A stretch of 64,000 bases of DNA from a virus. The DNA is taken from the IMG/VR virus record IMGVR_UViG_3300037470_000672, positions 96,001-160,000 of that record. One strand, given 5' to 3'. The translations under genes were made by a program, and so were the position numbers. Each line of letters begins with the position of its first letter. Within the stretch, counting starts at the first letter, position 1. The notes below the pieces were generated by a model that saw nothing but the letters and a program-made list of their open reading frames with translations, made no database searches and was not told where the DNA came from. Of the stretch, positions 9,663-17,183 are shown in pieces.

Positions 9663-12600
9663 TCAAAACAAGTCAGTCGTGGGTACACCGTTGGCCGCTG
9701 TGGCCAGCCTCTGCTCGTAGCCTAGGCTCTGAAGCGCTGTGGACGCCGCTCTCTGAAGCGCACCGCGACGGCCTACCTGAGCACCGGTTCGAGCACGATT
9801 CTCCGCCGCCTGCATAGCTCCCTGGAACATCGGCTTGAAGTCCTCGTAGTACCACCTGGGGGTGTGCACAGCTTCGATGAGGAGAGATAGCTCCGCTCGA
9901 CCGATAGCCGGTGCCATCTGGGCAGGGGAAGTCTCGGCGCGGCCTGGGGTGCGAAGCCCTCCGCCGGCTGTGGGGGTCATGTCGGCGATGCGCGCCATGT
10001 CCTGCGCCATCTTGTCGGTCGAAGAGCTGAAGAAGCCCTCGGCAGATTTCATGGTGGCGCGGACGTCGTCGTCGATGGAGTTACCGAATAGGGAGTCTGC
10101 GAGAGACTTGATCTTTTCAAAGAACTCCAGGGGGTTCTTGAAGGCGTCCGCGATGGCTGAGCCGACCTTCTTGAAAGCGTCGATGACTTTAGTACCGATA
10201 CCCAGCACAAAGTCGAAGAAAGCGGTTATGGGGGCGGTAACAAAGTCGTACCAGAGACCCCCGAGCCCTTTTATCGCCGCCCAAAGACCTCCCAGTATGA
10301 ACCCCGCAAGCTGCTTTAGCCCGTCCCATATGAACATTACAAAATCGCCGATAAAGCTGAAGATTCCTCCACTCTCGTTGACGGCAGTCATCAGCATGCC
10401 CCAACCCTTAAGCCCTTCTTCTATGGCGAAACCGATGATGTCGAAAACAGTGCCTACTGCATCACGAAGCGATTGAAACACTTTCATGATCGTCTCGGCG
10501 TGCTCGGGGAACTTCTCAGCCAAAGACTGGCCTATACCTGTTATCATACCCAGGACGAACTCCTTGAGTATCCCCACCGCTTTCGCGAGCACTTCTCCGA
10601 GAATAGGAAACACCTTGGAGAGGGCGTCTCGGATCATTGGAGGAAGATCGAGGGTTAACCAAAGGAAAGCAGTACCTCCAGCCTTACCGAGAGTCTCGCC
10701 CAAACCAGCCCAGTCAATAGCGGCGCCCAGCGTATCAAGCCCTTCGCTTACCGAACTAGCGAGCTTGGTAAACACACCAGCCCAGTCAATCGAAGTACCC
10801 AGCTTGTCAAAACCTTCGCTAACTGCGCCCGCTAGCTTGGTGATAATACCCACCCAATCAATTTTCTCCAACGCGCTCAGGATCTCCTCTCCAAACTCAC
10901 CAGCCTTCCCCAAAAATTCTCCGATCTTCTCCGGTAGCTTCTCAAAGAAGCCTACGACTCCGTCAGCGATCGTCTGAAGGGCCTCCTCGGTGGTCTTGCC
11001 CTCTCCTCTGAGCTTTACGAACCAGCCTACGAGGGCGGCGATAGCTGTGAGGGGGATGGCGATGACGGCGGCCCAGGCGAGTACGGACGCACCTACCGCA
11101 CTGATTACGATGGCGATGGGCGCGAGGGCCTTCATCAGGTCACCAAGCCCTCCAACGAAAGGTCGGAGAGGTTCGGGGGCGAAGGCGATGGGGCCGAGCT
11201 GGTGGATCTCGGACATCTTCCGAACGATCGCCCCTAGCGGACCCTTCTCTTCGGCGATGCTCTGAAGGCCCTTCGAGAAGGTCTTGAACTGCTTCCTGGT
11301 GTCCCGAACGAACGTACGCGCGCTCTCGCGGCTGATCCCTCGGAAAGACGTCACCATTTGATCGTGCGCAAGCTCCATCTGGTCTGACAGCGTGCGGCCG
11401 GTCGAGAAGCCTTGGTCAGCCAGTGTTTTCAAGCTGGTCGTAGCGGTCTGTGTTCTCTTCATCATCGCGAACGTTTTCTCGTTCGCGGAAGTGAAGAAGG
11501 TCGTGAGCTGTGCCGCCATCTCCGGCCCCATGGCCTTTTCCAGACGGGCGCGGAGGAAGTCGAGCGCCTGGGGAGTGAATTTCCCCATGGCCTTCGACTG
11601 CTGAACCATGTCGAAGAGACCCTGGGTGAAGCCTGCTGGCCCCTGCTGCATCAACTCAAACGACTTGGCGATGTCGCCGGTGCCGATCCCTAGCTCCTGG
11701 GCAAGTGCGCCGATGTCGTCATCGGTGCCGGCCATCATGTTCTGAAGGTTCTTCTGGCCTTCCAGGATGGCATCGGTTAGTCGCCCTGCGCTTGCGCGTG
11801 CCTGATCGCTGTTCTGCCCCATCTGGAAGAAGCCGGTGGAGAGAGCAGCCTGTTGTTTGGCAAAGTCAGCAAGCTGAGCCGGGTCCAGCTCTTCCCCCAT
11901 GAGTGCTGCCTTCTGACGCAATCTCTCCATGGTCTGGGGCAGCTCGTTGAGGGCTCCTCCTACGTCCCCTGTGGCTCGCCCCATGTCGAGCATGGACTTG
12001 AAGACGGAATCGATCTGCTTGGTAGAGAGCTTAAATTCCTTCCGCATCTGAAGCGAGCTGTTGCGAAAGACGTTTGCGCTGACGCCGGTCACCTCTGAGA
12101 GCTTGGCCAAGTCGCTGGCGTTCTTCAGACCCGTAGCACTGAGCGCTTCTTGTGCCTCCGTCCACCCACGGACAGCCATGGCAGCACTGTCGGCGGAGAT
12201 GTTAAGACCGACAGCTATGCTGGTCGCTTGGCGCCGGAACTTGGTGAGCTTCTCTCCGAGAAAGCCCATGTTCGCACCGGTCGCCTTGGTGACCTTGTCG
12301 TGCGCGACGAGTTGGGCTTCGTAGGAGGTTGTCAGGTTTTGGTTGGTGCCGGCTAACTGCTCCAGGTTCTTGTCGACGTCTCGTAGCTGATTGAGCTGGA
12401 ATGCGGCTGCGATGTTGCTGATCTTGAGCTGCCGTATTCCTTCCTTCACCTTGTCCAACGCCTGGGATATCGCATCGAACCCGGACCCCACCCGGCGCTC
12501 ATCCTGCACAACCTTGTTGGTCACTTGCTTGAACTGATCCGAGAACCCGCGCAGCTCGGACACGATCGAAGCCAGGTTCGCTTCGACTCCGCCCAGGTTG

Positions 12601-12719
12601 ATGTGGTCGACAGAGCCCTCAATACCTTTGAAGCCCTCAGACACAGCCTGCTGCATCTTGCGCAGGCCGGCATCTTTGGCGCCAAAACTGAATCCCATGC
12701 CTAAAAAGTTGAGCGCCAT
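9663..12719 (-). CDS. Tape measure protein
   Basis: 1018 aa, helical and Ala/Gly-rich, with a hydrophobic segment and IDW periodic repeats; between the chaperone and LysM genes. Confidence 0.88.
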   Translation of the reverse strand: MALNFLGMGFSFGAKDAGLRKMQQAVSEGFKGIEGSVDHINLGGVEANLASIVSELRGFSDQFKQVTNKVVQDERRVGSGFDAISQALDKVKEGIRQLKISNIAAAFQLNQLRDVDKNLEQLAGTNQNLTTSYEAQLVAHDKVTKATGANMGFLGEKLTKFRRQATSIAVGLNISADSAAMAVRGWTEAQEALSATGLKNASDLAKLSEVTGVSANVFRNSSLQMRKEFKLSTKQIDSVFKSMLDMGRATGDVGGALNELPQTMERLRQKAALMGEELDPAQLADFAKQQAALSTGFFQMGQNSDQARASAGRLTDAILEGQKNLQNMMAGTDDDIGALAQELGIGTGDIAKSFELMQQGPAGFTQGLFDMVQQSKAMGKFTPQALDFLRARLEKAMGPEMAAQLTTFFTSANEKTFAMMKRTQTATTSLKTLADQGFSTGRTLSDQMELAHDQMVTSFRGISRESARTFVRDTRKQFKTFSKGLQSIAEEKGPLGAIVRKMSEIHQLGPIAFAPEPLRPFVGGLGDLMKALAPIAIVISAVGASVLAWAAVIAIPLTAIAALVGWFVKLRGEGKTTEEALQTIADGVVGFFEKLPEKIGEFLGKAGEFGEEILSALEKIDWVGIITKLAGAVSEGFDKLGTSIDWAGVFTKLASSVSEGLDTLGAAIDWAGLGETLGKAGGTAFLWLTLDLPPMIRDALSKVFPILGEVLAKAVGILKEFVLGMITGIGQSLAEKFPEHAETIMKVFQSLRDAVGTVFDIIGFAIEEGLKGWGMLMTAVNESGGIFSFIGDFVMFIWDGLKQLAGFILGGLWAAIKGLGGLWYDFVTAPITAFFDFVLGIGTKVIDAFKKVGSAIADAFKNPLEFFEKIKSLADSLFGNSIDDDVRATMKSAEGFFSSSTDKMAQDMARIADMTPTAGGGLRTPGRAETSPAQMAPAIGRAELSLLIEAVHTPRWYYEDFKPMFQGAMQAAENRARTGAQVGRRGALQRAASTALQSLGYEQRLATAANGVPTTDLF

Positions 12720-12752
12720 TTACTGCATCTTTTCCAGGCTAGGATTAAGAGA

Positions 12753-12932
12753 CTACCGTGTCTTACTCTTGGCTCGCGCCTCTTTCAGCTCATCGCTGTG
12801 CTTCAAGGCAAAACGATACCGCCTCGACGTGGGCATGGCCATCACCGCCTCGTAGTGTTGCTCCATCGCTACCATCACGTAGCGGACCTCCGTCTCGAAC
12901 GCTTCGTGAGAACGGATGGGAAGAAAAAACCC
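12753..12932 (-). CDS. -1 frame extension of the tail assembly chaperone (G-T-like product)
   Basis: -1 frame open from the slippery site to the stop at 12753, encoding FLPIRSHEAFETEVRYVMVAMEQHYEAVMAMPTSRRYRF... Confidence 0.65.
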   Translation of the reverse strand, partial: GFFLPIRSHEAFETEVRYVMVAMEQHYEAVMAMPTSRRYRFALKHSDELKEARAKSKTR

Positions 12933-13711
12933 TCCTGACCGGGATTCACCTCCACTTCTGACTCTTCCATGCACGAGGGGCACTCCACCTCGACGGTGGT
13001 GTTCACGCCGCCGTCGATCTGATCGAAGAACCCCCGAAGGAAGTCCCGATCGCGCATGGTCAGGGCTTGGATGTGACGGACGGTTGGTTCTTTGTCGTCC
13101 AACGAGGCGATGCGAACACGCATCATGCGTGAGAGACGGTCTTCGGCGTTTCGCTTGGCCTTTTGATCGATCTCGAACTCCAGGCGACCGGTCATGACCT
13201 TGATTACGGCTTTGATGCCGGATGGAAGCTGAACTTCCCACAATTCCCGTTTGAGTACGGCCTCGGGCTCATCGGGGTCGAAGCCGTCGGGAAGGGCGAT
13301 CTCCAGCTCGGACAGGTCTACTTCGAGGGTGTGCTTGGCCTTACACGTGGCGTCGGGGCACTTGAACTCGAAGGGGTACGTGTCCCCTAAGGAAACGCGA
13401 CGCAGGGCGAGCAGGATGAACGTCCTGTCCCCCGTGCGCATGTCGAGAACGAGCTTGCTGATCTTTTGCCGATCGGAGATGTGGCCGATCTTGAGTACAC
13501 AGTTGGTCAGCACATCGTTGAACTTGGTGACGATAGATCCGGTCTTGGAGAGGAGGATGTCCTCTTCGACGCCAGTGATCTCGCGAAGCTGGATCTGACG
13601 ATGCAACTCCCCCTCCGCATCGATGACCCCCATCGGCAGGTCGAAGAGACCCAACCCCGAATGCGGTTCCTCCATCTGTTGCTGAAGACGAGCCTCTTGG
13701 TGGGCGGTCAT
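12875..13711 (-). CDS. Tail assembly chaperone / T4 gp26-like protein
   Basis: LREITGVEEDILL, CPDATC...CPSC Zn motifs, C-terminal EGFFFP; directly upstream of the tape measure gene. Confidence 0.8.
   Translation of the reverse strand: MTAHQEARLQQQMEEPHSGLGLFDLPMGVIDAEGELHRQIQLREITGVEEDILLSKTGSIVTKFNDVLTNCVLKIGHISDRQKISKLVLDMRTGDRTFILLALRRVSLGDTYPFEFKCPDATCKAKHTLEVDLSELEIALPDGFDPDEPEAVLKRELWEVQLPSGIKAVIKVMTGRLEFEIDQKAKRNAEDRLSRMMRVRIASLDDKEPTVRHIQALTMRDRDFLRGFFDQIDGGVNTTVEVECPSCMEESEVEVNPGQEGFFFPSVLTKRSRRRSAT
12926..12932 (-). promoter_or_regulatory. Putative -1 ribosomal frameshift slippery heptamer G GGT TTT
   Basis: X XXY YYZ pattern in the zero frame of the chaperone gene; -1 frame stays open about 57 codons. 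Confidence 0.65.
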
Positions 13712-13732
13712 AAAGTCTCCTTGAGAAGCGCA

Positions 13733-14386
13733 CTATCGCTCCTCTAACCTGTACTCAGCCTCCTCCTCAAAGAGCATGACGAGGCTGATGATGGTGCTCG
13801 TGACGGTGTTCCCGTTCTTGGCTGCAAGGGATTGAAATCTCTTGTATTCCGAGGAGGCTACCCAGATCGACATCTTCACCTTGTCAGCGCCTTGGTCCTG
13901 CCACATGTCAAGGTCGGTGAACTTGTCGGGCGCCTCGACGTACTTGCCCATGAGGTAACGACAAAGCGACCCCTTGGAGTTGAAGCCGTTGCGCTTGGAC
14001 AAACCCTGTTCGATGCGCTCGTAAAGGCTACGTGATAGGTAGAAGTTGACCAGGCGACGACCTGGGGTCGCCTTCGAGACCTTGGGATTCCGATCGAACG
14101 CCTCTGCGGCCATCTCGCAGGCTCTACAGAGCAGGGTGGCGTTTTCGACCGCTTGCTTACCTCCTGCCTGTTCGGGCACGATGAGGTGCAGCTTGAGCTT
14201 GGCTGGTTCATCGTAACCACAGTTGCCGCAGCGGTTTTGACAGCGCTCCCAGACCGTCTCTATGAACAGCGCCCGCTTGCGTTGCTCCTCGGAGAGGTCG
14301 ACCTCTATGACCTCGGCAGGCTCTTCGAGCGTAGACAGGTCTATCACTGGAGAGGCGGTCGGCCGCTCAGCTTCGTCGTCGCTCAT
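13733..14386 (-). CDS. HNH-like Zn domain fused to ribbon-helix-helix-like segments (possible regulator)
   Basis: CGNCG...LHLIVP...ENATLLCRAC followed by LVNFYLSRSLYERI and MSIWVASSEYKRF. Confidence 0.55.
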   Translation of the reverse strand: MSDDEAERPTASPVIDLSTLEEPAEVIEVDLSEEQRKRALFIETVWERCQNRCGNCGYDEPAKLKLHLIVPEQAGGKQAVENATLLCRACEMAAEAFDRNPKVSKATPGRRLVNFYLSRSLYERIEQGLSKRNGFNSKGSLCRYLMGKYVEAPDKFTDLDMWQDQGADKVKMSIWVASSEYKRFQSLAAKNGNTVTSTIISLVMLFEEEAEYRLEER

Positions 14387-14470
14387 TACTCGTCAGAGAT
14401 ACTGCTATCAGGCAGCACACGCAAGCGGAACCTTCTCGTGAGACAACGGATGTCTAGGCTTGCGTCGCTA

Positions 14471-14845
14471 TCACGACTCGTCGCCGCACAGCGTAGGCTT
14501 GAGCACAGCCTGAAGCGCATCCCATTCTGCGCGGGCTCGTGCAGTGAAACTTGGGTCGCTGTCCAAGTCGCACCCGGACTCGTGTGAGATCCACCGCACA
14601 TGTCGACCGCGCACCGGACCGTTGCATGCGGGGCAGGTATCTCCCGGCTCTATCGTTTGTTCCGGTACCGACAAGCCGTTCTCCTTAAGGCCGGTGACCA
14701 CTTTAGCGACGACGCGCATGATCGCAGCCTTGGCGCTGTTATGGTTGTCGCCGTAGGCGACAAGTGAGGGAAACTCGTAACAGTAACCGACAAAGATGCC
14801 GTCTTCGTCGGACCATTCGGTGAGGTAGTGGTAGCGCGCAGTCAT
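14471..14845 (-). CDS. HicB-like antitoxin-fold protein with C-terminal Cys/His motif
   Basis: YHYLTEWSDEDGIFVGYCYEFPSLVAYGDNHNSA...GLSVPE resembles the HicB N-terminus; start re-assigned to ATG 14845. Confidence 0.7.
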   Translation of the reverse strand: MTARYHYLTEWSDEDGIFVGYCYEFPSLVAYGDNHNSAKAAIMRVVAKVVTGLKENGLSVPEQTIEPGDTCPACNGPVRGRHVRWISHESGCDLDSDPSFTARARAEWDALQAVLKPTLCGDES

Positions 14846-14858
14846 TTTCCGCCAGGAA

Positions 14859-15077
14859 CTAGCTTCTGCGCCTACGCTCAATCCAGTCGAACGCATCCTC
14901 GTAACCATCAAGTTGCGGGCCAGCACCCGCTCCCGTTCCGAGAGGCCGACCTACCAGGTCTGGCGGGCGCAGGGGTCCTGGAAGAGGCACGACAAAACCA
15001 CCTGCGTGAGCAGCGGTGGTCTGCTCACCCATCACATCCCAGAGGGACAGCAGGTCCAGGGTCTCCCAATCGTCCAT
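14859..15077 (-). CDS. Hypothetical protein
   Basis: 72-aa ORF filling the gap between the tube gene and the HicB-like gene. Confidence 0.55.
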   Translation of the reverse strand: MDDWETLDLLSLWDVMGEQTTAAHAGGFVVPLPGPLRPPDLVGRPLGTGAGAGPQLDGYEDAFDWIERRRRS

Positions 15078-15086
15078 GTACGCAGC

Positions 15087-15782
15087 TTAGCCCACGAGCG
15101 AGACTTCATCCAGTCCCTCAGGCTGGATGTCCAACTCAGCAATGGAGATTCCGCTGGACGACGCATCGAAGTCCGTCCCGCTCTTGTACCGTAGCGGCAG
15201 GCAGCCGGAGAGCAGCCAAGCACGCCCCGGCAGCCTACCTGCGATGTCGAACGGGCCAAGGAACGTACCGAGCACACCCGCGCCCGCCTTGAGCGCGTTA
15301 AGCACACCCGGATCGACAGCGCTCTGCGCTATGTCTTGGATGCCCTCCGCTACAACACGACCTCTTGCTCGCGCTGCGTTGTCGAGGGTAGGGGAGATGG
15401 GCAGCCGGGACAGGAAGTGAACCATTACCAGCGACCGTCTGGGGGTCGGTCCGCCGATTGGAAAACCCCCGGTCAACGCATTGAAGTGCGCCGTGTTACC
15501 TTCGATCGCTGTCACGATCCAACGGTAGAAGTCGTGGTCGGTGAAGCGAACCCCGCGTGTCAGCGTGATGGGGCTGATGCGGGCGTTCTTGATGACCGTT
15601 CGAGGGTAGTGCCAGTTACCCTCTTCGATCTCACGTGTCTGCGCAGTGATCTCGGGCGACGTCATGGTCGTGAACCCGGCCAAGGGGTTCAGCACCGGCA
15701 GTCCGCCTTGGACAACGCTGAAGGCGTCGAACAGCCAGAAGGCGTATTGCTGCATGAGGTCGTGGAAGACGGATCGTGCCAT
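15087..15782 (-). CDS. Tail tube-like protein 2 (gp19/Afp5-like)
   Basis: AGFTTMTSPEITAQTREIEEGN...ITLTRGV...FYRWI...AWLLSGCLPLRYKSGTDFDASSSGISIAELDI. Confidence 0.85.
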   Translation of the reverse strand: MARSVFHDLMQQYAFWLFDAFSVVQGGLPVLNPLAGFTTMTSPEITAQTREIEEGNWHYPRTVIKNARISPITLTRGVRFTDHDFYRWIVTAIEGNTAHFNALTGGFPIGGPTPRRSLVMVHFLSRLPISPTLDNAARARGRVVAEGIQDIAQSAVDPGVLNALKAGAGVLGTFLGPFDIAGRLPGRAWLLSGCLPLRYKSGTDFDASSSGISIAELDIQPEGLDEVSLVG

Positions 15783-15813
15783 AGATCCTTTACACTACCT
15801 CATGTAACGAAGA

Positions 15814-16365
15814 TTACGGCGCGGCGAGCGCCTCCACCTCAAAGTTTTCGACTGAGAAGTCAAACTCCATGAGGTTGATCTCAGAGCTGGTCGCATCCAG
15901 ATCCCCTGCCGGCTTGCAGCGGATCGGCAAGCACTCGCGCAGGTGGTACGCGAATGCAGGCGCGTCGACGTTGATGTTGGTCAGGTTGGGCTGCGTGCCG
16001 TCGGTCGGGAAATCCCGATTGAGCGCCGTGTCGCGGTGGAAGTGGTTGATGTCCACGTCAGCGCGCACCTCCCCCGAACCTTCAACGGCGACGCGCGCCC
16101 AATCCCAGAAGCTCGTGTCCAGACGAGCTGTACCTCGCTGAAGCGAGCAGTCTGAAACGGTGGGCACCCCAGGCTGTTTGCGCGTGTAGACGAACGTACC
16201 TTCCCTGTACTCCGCACCCTCGATGGTGACCTCGGGGAGCGTCGTGGTCGAAAAGCCCGCCTGCGGACGTCCTGCCGGCTGCAACCGCGGCGTGCCGTCG
16301 GGAGAGGTGGCGACGACCTGCCAGCGGAAGGAATGGAGGAAATCCGTTGATTGTGCACGAGCCAA
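15814..16365 (-). CDS. Tail tube protein (T4 gp19/Afp1-like)
   Basis: FLHSFRWQV, AGFSTTTLPEVTIEGAEYREG, LQRG...FWDW, GDLDATSSEI; TTG start with AGGAG RBS. Confidence 0.9.
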   Translation of the reverse strand: MARAQSTDFLHSFRWQVVATSPDGTPRLQPAGRPQAGFSTTTLPEVTIEGAEYREGTFVYTRKQPGVPTVSDCSLQRGTARLDTSFWDWARVAVEGSGEVRADVDINHFHRDTALNRDFPTDGTQPNLTNINVDAPAFAYHLRECLPIRCKPAGDLDATSSEINLMEFDFSVENFEVEALAAP

Positions 16366-16442
16366 GGGCGTCTCCTATGTGCCTAGCACCCGTACTTACG
16401 TACGGGCGAGAAGTCCTGTCACTCTACCAGACCCGTGTCAGA

Positions 16443-17075
16443 TCAGGACTCGGGTCGCAACAGCGCGTAGAGCGTGCCGGCGATGGCGTCGTCGGTCCGC
16501 CGTACGATGAGGCCAATGGTCGCGCCCGGCGCGTCGGTCACCCCGCCGTAGACCGTGTTGGGACCGACGCGGAGTGCTGCGGCGTTGGCGTCGACGTCGG
16601 CGAGCAGGTTGCCGACACCAGCGGCCTGGTCGCGGATCTGAACCGCTTCACCGGCCACGTTGGCCGTAATCTCCGCCCAGATGTCCAAGACGCGGTAGCG
16701 CTTGGTGAGCGACCCCGCCGGGATGACGGGAATGTCGTCCGGCGCCCCGCCGGCCCCCGCCACCAGCGGTACCCGGAGAAGGATGGCGCCAGCAAGCAGC
16801 GTCGCCGCAGCAACTGGCACGATGTCATCCTGGTCCACGCTGTTGGGCGGGGACTGGAGTCCCGAGGCGATCTCGTCGGCGCTGTACGTCACCGAGAGCG
16901 ACACCCGACCTGCTGCCATCTCCGCCTGAAGCGCGCTCAGGTCTGGGATGGCCCCTGCTGGGTAGTCTTCGACGACCCGCGGCGTCCCGAAGAAGAGATC
17001 GATGTAGAAATCCCCCAGGCGGATGGGCGACTCGTCGCCGCTGAGCCCGAGATGCGTGATGGTCAAGTCGGCCAT
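16443..17075 (-). CDS. Hypothetical protein between sheath and tube (probably structural)
   Basis: 210-aa ORF in operon orientation; no recognised motif. Confidence 0.65.
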   Translation of the reverse strand: MADLTITHLGLSGDESPIRLGDFYIDLFFGTPRVVEDYPAGAIPDLSALQAEMAAGRVSLSVTYSADEIASGLQSPPNSVDQDDIVPVAAATLLAGAILLRVPLVAGAGGAPDDIPVIPAGSLTKRYRVLDIWAEITANVAGEAVQIRDQAAGVGNLLADVDANAAALRVGPNTVYGGVTDAPGATIGLIVRRTDDAIAGTLYALLRPES

Positions 17076-17183
17076 GTGTCTTCTCTCCGTCTCGGGTTTA
17101 GAGGCTCCGAGGGCCTTGGTTCTTGTACTACCGACAGCCTTCGCGGCTCAAGGTGTACGAGGGTGAACAGATAGCAGAAACCG

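Noticed and set aside
14386-14601. 71-aa minus-strand ORF
   Set aside because: Overlaps the HicB-like gene, has no RBS and does not look protein-like; treated as intergenic.
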